Below are positions 1 to 7,980 of a stretch of DNA of 14,703 bases, piece after piece. Both the position numbers and the translations under genes were made by a program. The notes under the pieces are model-generated. The model saw only the letters and a list, made by a program, of their open reading frames with translations, was not told the origin of the DNA and did not search any database. Location of the stretch: the NCBI RefSeq assembly GCF_006345805.1, contig NW_021825747.1:1-14703 (forward strand), in the 5' to 3' direction. How positions within the stretch are numbered: position 1 is the first letter of the stretch; every line of letters begins with the position of its first letter. The stretch comes from Octopus sinensis (Eukaryota).

Positions 1-47
1 TCTACTATACAAAAGTATTAAATGACTCAAAAATGTATAGTATACCC

Positions 48-277
48 TATTCTTTATTACCCACAAGGGGCTAAACACGGAGAGGATAAACAAGGACAGA
101 CAAATGGATTTAGTCGATTACATCGACCCCAGTGCGTAACTGGTACTTAATTTATCGACCCCGAAAGAATGAAAGGCAAAGTCGACCTCGGCGGAATTTG
201 AACTCAGAACGTAACGGCAGACGAAATACGGCTACGCATTTCGCCCGGCGTGCTAACGTTTCTGCCAGCTCGCCGCC
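48..277 (-). mobile_element. tRNA-derived SINE, apparently full length (family A)
   Basis: The minus strand reads GGCGGCGAGCTGGCAGAAACGTTAG (A-box-like TGGCAGAAACG), then GAGTTCAAATTCC (B-box-like), a conserved central block GAGGTCGACTTTGCCTTTCATTCTTTCGGGGTCGATAAATTAAGTACCAG, and a tail ending CCTTGTGGGTAATAAAGAATA. Homologous blocks recur at 7165-7351, 7748-7830 and 8589-8670. Confidence 0.85.
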
Positions 278-283
278 GCCCTT

Positions 284-318
284 ATGATACCTATGGTATA
301 GTATACCATAGGTATCAT
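284..318. repeat. Perfect 17-bp inverted repeat with 1-nt spacer
   Basis: ATGATACCTATGGTATA (284-300), G (301), TATACCATAGGTATCAT (302-318); the arms are exact reverse complements. Confidence 0.95.
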
Positions 319-346
319 GCCCAGATCAGATGATGATCAAAGTGCA

Positions 347-760
347 CTATTCTGGCTGGGTCTTCTCCATCGCCTCAACATGATGCTGGTTGCCCTTCAT
401 AAACATCAGCCTCATAAACATCTGACAGGGTGGCTCTCTTTAGCCCAGGACCACCTTCGAGACGCCCTCTAACCAGGTCTTCACCAAGTTCTGCACCTTG
501 GATTTCAGTGACCTGTGGTTCCTGCTCCTCCCGGAACCGAGTAATGTTACTGAAGAAATCATTTTCCTCATCCTCATTGCTGCTGGTACTGCTGCCATCC
601 TCATTAGCCTCCACTAGGGTTGTCTCTACAACAGTCTCCATGACGTTCGTTACTCTGCTAACCTGGCTGTTATTATACTGATCCAGCCAGAACAAGTCAA
701 ACTTGGAATGAAAGGCAGCGGCCAGCTGGCACTCCAGGTCTTCTAGGAGGAGCCCATGTG
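347..760 (-). pseudogene. hAT-superfamily transposase, C-terminal relic (internally deleted, frameshifted)
   Basis: ORF 375..782 contains LAAAFHSKFDLFWL, which resembles the hAT 'lAxxLdPrfKlxwl' motif, followed by an acidic/Ser linker and then KRATLSD. A frameshift after LSD gives FMRLMFMKGNQHH...E* (stop at 347-349), matching the hAT C-terminal 'RxxLSDxxFExLLFLKxN' signature. The SSAxxERxFS dimerisation motif expected between these blocks is missing. Confidence 0.65.
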
Positions 761-762
761 AC

Positions 763-803
763 ATGTGACAAACATATTCCAACTAGCCTAAATTATGCTC
801 ATA
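763..803 (+). repeat. 41-bp direct repeat, copy 1 (copy 2 at 2197-2237)
   Basis: ATGTGACAAACATATTCCAACTAGCCTAAATTATGCTCATA versus ATGTGACAAACATATTTCAACTAACCTAAATTGAGCTCATA: 37/41 identical, ungapped. Confidence 0.9.
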
Positions 804-1072
804 CCTAAACACCGCTTTACGCCAATGTCGTTTGTTGTTATTCGATCGGGCGATCTACTAACACAATCAGTCAACGTGTTGACTGAATTATATATAAAGT
901 TACAAGCTTTATTTAGTTCAGTCAGAGTTGCCTCTCTTAGGGACATCTCTGAGTCATTTGTGCTGCTGTTTTACTGAGTGAGTTTTTACCTGTTTTTGCT
1001 GTTGTTAATTCTTATTAATGTTTGTTATTAGATCTGTTGAAATTTGAACTTCAGAAGTCGCGCGTGGAGTTG

Positions 1073-1100
1073 TTTTTTTCGCCCTGCGGGGCGAAAAAAA
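1073..1100. other. Perfect 12-bp hairpin upstream of the ORF1-like frame
   Basis: TTTTTTTCGCCC-TGCG-GGGCGAAAAAAA. Confidence 0.85.
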
Positions 1101-1127
1101 TTGTTATTTCTACTATTGTAGATTATT

Positions 1128-1838
1128 TTGTGTTATTTGCTGAACTGTTTTCCCGTTGAGGAAGAATTAATCTTTCTTCACAAGACGTCTTTTCTGTGTG
1201 AGTTTAACCATGGAAGACGAGAGGCATCTCGAATTGAATTCCTTATAACTAACGTCGACTTCGCGCTACGACTGGAAGAAATCCCGTTTGAACAAGTCCA
1301 GCAGGTAAACCTACAAGGTGACAAGGATTTGAAAAAGGCCACGCGTCTTTCTGCCGTCGTAGACGGACAATTTCAAGAAATAGAAGTATCAAACGAGCAA
1401 CTATTGAAACATAGGAACCTAATTAAAAGAAATGGAAATGAAACTAGATTTGTACCACCCAAGGAAATTTTGCAAAACTTAGCAGTAAAAACTGTGACTT
1501 ATAAAATTTACAACAAAAAGGAGAAAAAAATTATGACTATGAAAAATGAAGCACTCGAGAAGGGTCTTGCACCAATATGGGATAAAATAAAATACGTACG
1601 GAGGGGGCCTGAAAACGCTACTGTAGAGGCCCAGTTCGAAAGCAAAGATATCGCTAAAGAAATATCAACGCTAAGTCTGAAAACAGAGGAAATTTTAGTA
1701 CTATCCACGTACCTCGGCCGGAGGACGGCTAAAATCATAATAGAAGAAATTCCGGCCGGGTTCGACGTGTACTGGCTAGCAGCGGCTTTAATATATGCTA
1801 CCATGAGGGGGAAAAAGGATGTAGCCGTTGGACAGTAG
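1128..1838 (+). pseudogene. Probable ORF1 (gag-like/RRM) N-terminal fragment of a non-LTR retrotransposon (L1/Tx1-like)
   Basis: This is the longest ORF in the window (236 aa), with protein-like Lys/Glu-rich composition and YLGRRTAKIIIEEIPAGFDVYWLAAAL, which resembles the beta-alpha RRM-like start seen in L1/Tx1 ORF1 proteins. A good-context ATG (ACCATGG, ATG at 1210) lies in another frame and stops at 1246-1248, suggesting a frameshift. No zinc knuckle or ORF2 follows. The family assignment is inference. Confidence 0.4.
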
Positions 1839-2196
1839 ACCAACAAGGAAAAAATGCAAGGAAATCTACATTTTTAAATCATATAAATCATTTATTTTTA
1901 ACTTAATATATTTTTGTTTAAAAAGAGCAAACTGAAAAAAACTCGCTGAGTATTTCTTTATTAATGTTTTGTATTGTCCTGTACTGTCCTTCTATATTAG
2001 GTCTTATGATCATAATAAAAAAAATGTCTCTTAGGTACAGCTCATTGACAAGAGTCAAAACACTCGAAACATCGATGTCTGAGATTCCAAACAGATGGTG
2101 ACACTGAACGAACTGGATGTTTTCACACCTTTTTACTATAAAAGAGATTTTTTTCTCCAGGCTAACTGCAGTGTTTTTGCTTTTAACAGTTGAAAT

Positions 2197-2237
2197 ATGT
2201 GACAAACATATTTCAACTAACCTAAATTGAGCTCATA
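2197..2237 (+). repeat. 41-bp direct repeat, copy 2
   Basis: See 763-803; it is followed immediately by a (CA)n tract. Confidence 0.9.
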
Positions 2238-2238
2238 T

Positions 2239-2267
2239 ACACACGCGCACGCACGCACACACACACT

Positions 2268-2303
<36 letters not shown>
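2239..2303. repeat. (CA)n/(CACG)n microsatellite
   Basis: Visible directly in the sequence. Confidence 0.95.
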
Positions 2304-2306
<3 letters not shown>

Positions 2307-2855
2307 GAGTAAATGAAAGGACAGGTAAGTTAGACAAGTCGATATACAAAAAATATCAAAAAAACATTTAATACAGAAAAATGTACATGTGTATAGTTTA
2401 AACTCCATTCTGTCAGCACCACAAATGTAAATCCTTTCCTGGAGACCGAGTCTAGTGTTATCCGATGATGGAATCAAGGTACTATCATTATTTTGGATCA
2501 CCAAGCCCCCAGAAACAGCTGGTAGATTCGTAAAACTCTTGCACAATCCCCTTAATTCCTGATATCATTTCCATTCTGTGCAAGTCGGACTTCTTTTATA
2601 TGTATACATTATGTACGTTCTTAGTATTGAATGTATTCGATATATTTTGTATATTGACTTGGCTAACTTGCTTTGCCTTACATTTACTCCTCTGCCTACT
2701 CAAGTTTAAATCTCTTGAGCACTACGAAGTGGATTCTATTCAGAGAATACCAGTCTCGAATTTATAAACTATTTATATATAAATATACAGATTTGTATAT
2801 AATTATGTTTAGACACACACTCACACACATATGTATATATACGCACATATATACA

Positions 2856-2895
<40 letters not shown>

Positions 2896-2899
<4 letters not shown>

Positions 2900-3108
2900 A
2901 AAGTAAATTAGGGGTTATGGGTGTAACCCACTATGGATATCTATGACTTTTAAAAGTGTATTTGTATTATTATCTTATCTATTGATTTATATAATATTTT
3001 GTATGCTTTGATGTTCTCATTTGTAAAATGAATAAATAATCTAACATTATAATATCCGTAAGTTGATGAACAAACTAAATTTGTTTCTCCATTTTCTTAT
3101 TTGTATTA

Positions 3109-3157
<49 letters not shown>

Positions 3158-3374
3158 CTATATATAGTACAAAGTAAATTAGGTTATGGGTGTAACCCAC
3201 TATGGATATCTATGACTTTTAAAAGTGTATTGTATTATTATCTTATCTATTATTTATATAATATTTTGTATGCTTTGATGTTCTCATTTGTAAAATGAAT
3301 AAATAATCTAACATTATAATATCCGTAAGTTGATGAACAAACTAAATTTGTTCTCTCCATTTTCTTATTTGTAT
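2896..3374 (+). repeat. Tandem duplication of a ~210-bp AT-rich unit (2896-3106, 3167-3374) separated and flanked by (TA)n tracts
   Basis: Both copies start GTACAAAGTAAATTAGG and end CCATTTTCTTATTTGTATT. I saw only four small indels between them. Confidence 0.95.
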
Positions 3375-3411
3375 TATATATATATATATATAATATAATT
3401 ATATATATATA

Positions 3412-3448
<37 letters not shown>

Positions 3449-3457
3449 TATATATAA

Positions 3458-4449
3458 TGTTTAGTCCTTCGAGGCTAAAAGCAAAATCCATGGCGCGCCA
3501 GGTACATCAGAGAAATACTCTTCGCGGGCGACGCAGCACTGACAACGCACTCTGAAGTGAAAATGCAGCATCTCGTGGACAAACTATCAAAGGTCCGTCA
3601 GGAATTCAGCCTGATAATCAGTCTGAAGAACACCAAAGCATTGGGACAAAGTGCCTAGCACCTCCCCACCATCGCCATCAATAGGTGAGTGTCCATCAAT
3701 TCTCCTATCACTGATAATCTCTCCCTGAGATCAACAGGTGAATCAGACATGCATCCTCCACATTTGCCAAGCTCACAAAGAGAGTCTGGGGAAAAACTGG
3801 CTGCAAACACCAAGATTGCTGTTTATAAGGCGTGCGTCCTTAGTACGCTGCTTTACGGTAGTGAGATGTAAAGTCTCTACTCCAGGCAGAAGCTGTGTCT
3901 CAATATCTTTCACCTTCGTAATCTGAGAGGTATAATGAATATCAAGTGGACCGACCACATCACCAACACCGAAGTCTTCAAATGAGCCAAGATAACCAGC
4001 ATACTCACCCTGTGCCAGTAGCGTCGCTTGCGCTGGCTCGGTCATGTACATCGCATGCCGGACAGGATTCCAAAAGAGCTCTTGTATGGGGAATTGGCCA
4101 CCGGCACAAGAGCAAGAGGACGGCCTGAACTTCATTTCAAAGGTGTCTGTATGAGGGATATGTAGTCGCTTGATCTGGAGGTCCTGAGATGGGAGGAGGT
4201 TGCAAATGTGCGCGTCCACACTGGAGACAAATACTGCGAAAGGTAAGAAGAGAGCAGAAGAAAGGCAGAAATTTGTCACCAAAGAAGAGCGGACTTGATG
4301 GAAGGAAAAACCAGTAACACCGGCAGAGAGCTCCTTCAAATGCAGTCGCTGTATGCGTGACTCACTCCCGTGTAGGCCTATAGAGTCACAACAGACGCTG
4401 CACCACAATCAGCAGGTGACACGATTTCTTTGGGGCGATCCATGGATGC

Positions 4450-4453
<4 letters not shown>
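3458..4453 (+). mobile_element. RTE-clade LINE, 5'-truncated 3' end (RT C-terminal part plus C-terminal zinc finger), decayed
   Basis: Translation across frameshifts gives SRLKAKS..IREILFAGDAAL (catalytic FADD mutated to FAGD at 3521-3532), VYKACVLSTLLYGSE, RRLRWLGHVHRM, RIPKELLYGELATG.R.RGRP.L.FK.VC.RDM and CSRC..D.HSRVGL*SH.RRC. It ends GGATGCCTAC next to a simple repeat. These are diagnostic RTE motifs. Confidence 0.92.
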
Positions 4454-4530
<77 letters not shown>

Positions 4531-4562
4531 TATATATTATTAATATATATATATATATATAT
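4453..4562. repeat. (CT)n-(TA)n compound microsatellite at the RTE 3' end
   Basis: Visible directly in the sequence. Confidence 0.95.
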
Positions 4563-4656
4563 AATAATTATTTGAGGGAATATTATTCCTAACTTACAGG
4601 GAAAAATTCATTTAGAAATACTAAATCAAATTTCACAAAATATAATATATATATAT

Positions 4657-5012
4657 ATATATAAGTTAGAAAAAAACACATTTTATCAATTCAAAATAAA
4701 AAATTAAATTACACCATATAGAAAATTACATATAATAGAAATATTAAAATTAAAATAACAATAATATACCGATGATTAAGTAAATTGCAAAATAATAATA
4801 CAAATGTATATATTTGGTATATATATATACGTTTATATATATATATATATACACCAAATATATACGTTTTTATTATCATTTTGCAATTTACTTAATCATC
4901 GGTATATCATTGTTATTTTAATTTTTCTATTATATGTAATTTTCTAGATGGTGTAATTTAATTGTTTATTTTGAATTGATAAAAAATGTTGTTTTTTTTC
5001 TAATTTATATAT
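4657..5012. repeat. AT-rich fold-back (long imperfect palindrome, ~175-bp arms, (TA)n centre)
   Basis: For example, TTAAAATAACAATAATATACCGATGATTAAGTAAATTGCAAA on the left pairs with TTTGCAATTTACTTAATCATCGGTATATCATTGTTATTTTAA on the right. Homology runs from ~4657 to ~5012 with its centre near 4830-4833. Confidence 0.9.
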
Positions 5013-5094
5013 GCTATTAAGTTAGACATGGCCTGGACCAATCTTTGGTCGAAACATATCTAAGTCTATCTAAGTCTAAGTTTATATTATTATG

Positions 5095-5213
5095 ACTTAC
5101 GGCCATATCACGTTGAAAACACTGGTTCTCGTCCGATCACCGAAGTTAAGCAACACCGAGCCTAGTTAGTACTTAGATGGGTGACCGCTTGGGAAACCTA
5201 GCTGCTGTAAGCA
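5095..5213 (+). rRNA. 5S rRNA: 5S rRNA gene copy, isolated; probably a pseudogene or variant
   Basis: 119 nt: ACTTACGGCCATATCACGTTGAAAACACTGGTTCTCGTCCGATCACCGAAGTTAAGCAACACCGAGCCTAGTTAGTACTTAGATGGGTGACCGCTTGGGAAACCTAGCTGCTGTAAGCA, a typical molluscan 5S. The ends pair (CTTAC/GTAAG), and box A and box C regions are recognisable. It is a single copy without its own T4+ terminator. Confidence 0.9.
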
Positions 5214-5226
5214 TTCCATTAAATAA

Positions 5227-5269
5227 GCGCAGGAGTGGCTGTGTGGTAAGTAGCTTGCTAACCAACCAC
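5227..5269 (+). mobile_element. SINE family B, 5' head only (tRNA-like A box)
   Basis: GCGCAGGAGTGGCTGTGTGGTAAGTAGCTTGCTAACCAACCAC, with A-box-like TGGCTGTGTGG. The ...CAACCAC continuation matches the head of the minus-strand copy at 12281-12546. Confidence 0.7.
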
Positions 5270-6265
5270 TTTTTCTGACAATGCGTTCCATTGTCTTGCT
5301 AACATATGAAGTCATAGAGATGGGCCTGTAGATTTAGCATCTGCTCCCTCCTTTATGGACCGGGCATATTATACCCTCTTTTAGCGTGTTGGAAAGTTTA
5401 CCTCATGCAAGGAAACTCTGAAAGAGTATCTGCAGTAGCTTTACAAGAGCTGGGTCCAGCTGGGCTTGTTGCTGGGTTTGATCTCATCTCGTCAATGGCC
5501 GATATTACACCCTCTTCTGTTATGTTGATGTAATCGATGGTTGTCTCTTTTCCGAATAGATTCGTTACATTGAAAAACTCCTTCGGCTTGTTTACTTGCA
5601 TATTTTCTAGTGGTGAAGTGAAACCACTTCGAAATTGTTTATTTAGTGTTTCACTTATCTTCCCTAGGTCTGCACTTAGAACCTTTTATTGTGTACTGAG
5701 GCAGATTCCTTTGCGAACGTGTAGAAGGCTTTAAGATTTCCTTTTGTATTTTCGACTGCCCAGGTTTCTCTTTCTTCTCTTGATTTTTCATGTGAGGATT
5801 TGAGTTTATTTTCTATCTCGAAGAGTTCCTCTGTCAGGTGGGATTTCACACTGTCATTAAGGTATTTGTTTAAATGATTCGAGATCTTTATTCCCCGCCG
5901 CATGTGTGTTCTCCTGTCTCAGGGAATGGTGTTTGTGTGAGTATTGGCTCATTTCTCTGAGCTCGCATTATTGACATGAATTTATTGGGTTTCATATCTA
6001 TAGAGAGGCTGCTGGAGTATCTGTTTTTCAAGTGACTTTCAGTCAGCCTTATAGAAACTTAGGCTGGATAGGATTTGAGTTTATCTTTAGTTAATTCCGG
6101 GCCATATACTGTCAGTTCTATCATGTTATAGTCTGATAATAATGTCGGTGATATATTTACATTGTGGATAATTTTCACATTGTTTGTAAAACAGAGATCC
6201 AGGATATTTTTGTGCCTGGTTAGAGAGAGCATGATCTGCTCCATGAATAGCATTTTCGTAAGATC
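5270..6265 (-). mobile_element. CR1/L2-type LINE ORF2 internal fragment (APE endonuclease C-terminus to RT N-terminus), decayed
   Basis: Minus-strand frames give TRHKNILDLCFTNN..LLSDYNMIE (endonuclease end, cf. PTRxxNILDL...SDH), AVENTKGNLKAFYTFAK, ITEEGVISAIDEM..AGP, and IICPVHKGG..YRPISMTS.VSKTMERIVR (RT N-terminal 'YRPISLTS..K.MERIV' motif). There are multiple stops and frameshifts. Confidence 0.85.
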
Positions 6266-6274
6266 AAGTAGAGA

Positions 6275-6520
6275 TATGTATATATATGTGTGTGTGTGTG
6301 TGTTTGTGTGTGTGTCTGACCCCCGCCCCCCAACATAGCTTGACAACCGATGCTGGTGTGTTAACGTCCCCGTAACGTAGCGGTTCGGGAAAAGACACCG
6401 ATAGAATAAGTACTAGGCTTACAAAGAATAAGTCCTGGGGTCGATTTCCTCAACTAAAGGTGGTGCTCCAGCACGCCGCAGTCAAATGACTGAAACAAGT
6501 AAAAGAGTGAAAGAGAGAGA
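6275..6520 (+). mobile_element. SINE family B, 3' half (internal TA/TG microsatellite plus tail)
   Basis: (TG)n, then ..GCTTGACAACCGATGCTGGTGTGTT..CGTCCCCGTAAC.TAGCGGTTCGG..GATAGAATAAGTAC..CTGGGGTCGAT..CTCCAGCA..GCAGTCAAATGACTGAAACAAGTAAAAGA. Homologous to 10895-11128 and 12281-12546. Confidence 0.8.
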
Positions 6521-6539
6521 GAAATAATATATATAAAAT

Positions 6540-6798
6540 AAAGATGTGAACTTTTTAAATTTAAGAAAAAAAAGGGAAAAAAACTGCCCAAAATAATATC
6601 CAAATGTAACCACTCGCCTTCGGGGTTCGAGTGGGCGTTGCGCCTCATTTTATCACTTTCATAATTTCATTCATTGCTTTTTATTTTTTATTTTTTGCTC
6701 GATTTCTTTTTGTATTTATATTTCCACGATTTTATGCTTTGTATTGTCTTTTGTAACGTATGTCCTCTATTTTTGGCACCTTGTGGGTAATAAAAAAA
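6540..6798 (+). mobile_element. Probable 3' UTR/tail of a retroelement sharing the family-A SINE tail
   Basis: A T-rich tract ending CCTTGTGGGTAATAAA-AAAA (6779-6798). The 16-mer is identical to the reverse complement of 53-68. Confidence 0.45.
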
Positions 6799-7164
6799 TT
6801 GAGGGCGTTGGTGTTACCTTGGCGGAGATTTGCGTTCTTTGAGTGCTCTTGTTATTAATGTTGTTGCTCGTGTTGTTACTGTTGTTTAGTTCTATGTTTG
6901 CTCTTATCGATCAAAGGCGTTCTAGTTGTGACCATCCGTCTTTTTGTACATCAGAGACTTCATTGTCTATAAAAGCCTTGCTTTTTATTTATTTTTTTTT
7001 TTTTAGAAATAGCAGGATGTTATGTGAGGGAAATTTGGTTATTATTTTTAGCAAACCAAGAGCGTAGAAACTCCCTCATTCAGAGATGCTCATTCCCCCA
7101 AGTCTGCTGTTATTGAGCAAAGAAGTCAAAAGCACTCCATTCATGACCAACTCATCTTTTTGTT

Positions 7165-7351
7165 ATATTGGTTTCAAATTTTAACATAAGGTCAGCAGTT
7201 TCGGAAGTAGGGAGTAAGTCAATTACATTGACCCCTGTGCATAACTGGTACTCATTTTATAAACTCCGAAAGGATGAAAAGCAAAGTCGACCTCGGCGGT
7301 ATTTGAACTCAGAACGTAAAGACAAACGAAATGCCGCTAAGCCGTCTAGCC
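7165..7351 (-). mobile_element. SINE family A-related, 5'-truncated, with a different tail
   Basis: The minus strand reads ..CGTTCTGAGTTCAAATACCGCCGAGGTCGACTTTGCTTTTCATCCTTTCGGAG..AATGAGTACCAGTT.. It matches the 48-277 core but ends ..AAAATTTGAAACCAATA. Confidence 0.8.
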
Positions 7352-7747
7352 TTTTTGTTATATTAGAAACTACATTTAAGACGTTTGAGGAAATTATATG
7401 AATGCTATTTCTAGAATTTCAAACAACCACGTTGAGAGTCTAAGGCTGGCTTCTTTAGTTTTGTTATTTATTTCATCATGTATGTTTATATAAAGTATAT
7501 TTATTGGTTTATTCATATAAAATATACTTGATAATGTTATTCGGTGTGTGTGTCTTGGGCGTTACTGAATATACAAGTTTTATTGTTATAAATGAGAAAA
7601 AGAAAAGTAATTCAAAAATACCATAAAACAGAACAAGTCACGCATTAATATCCGTCGACATTTTCTAACCTATTGTTTCTCTAGAAAATAATAAACGAGA
7701 AACTGTCCTTATTCAAGAATTTAATAATGTCTCTGACCTGATAACTC

Positions 7748-7830
7748 TACGTTCTGAGTTCAAATTTCCATGAGATCAAGTTTGTGTTTTATTTTTTCCG
7801 AGGGGTGGAGTTGATAAAACTAAGTAACAG
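7748..7830 (+). mobile_element. Old family-A SINE core remnant
   Basis: TACGTTCTGAGTTCAAATT..GAGATCAA..GTTGATAAAACTAAGTAACAG. Confidence 0.55.
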
Positions 7831-7980
7831 TCTATTTATATTGCTGTAATAAATCCTGGATGTGAACGTAAATAAATTAGAAGACGAACATCACTTTGTT
7901 TCACCCAAATAAGTCAAGTACTGGGTTGATTTCTATTCCTAAAACACAACCTGAATATAGATAGAATTATAATAGAAAAC

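Noticed and set aside
430-681. Ser-rich + strand ORF, and 1508..1846 and 3773..4408 minus ORFs
   Set aside because: They are antisense shadows of the hAT, ORF1-like and RTE frames.
2217-2546. 109-aa minus-strand ORF (and 1918..2205) as host exons
   Set aside because: No recognisable domain; the C-terminus is translated (CA)n repeat; no convincing splice pair. A CAG/GTAAGT donor-like site at 2322-2330 has no supported exon.
6800-7140. Decayed LINE ORF2 C-terminus on the minus strand (..GWSQLERL*SIRA..)
   Set aside because: The resemblance is too vague and interrupted by stops and low-complexity Asn/Lys tracts.
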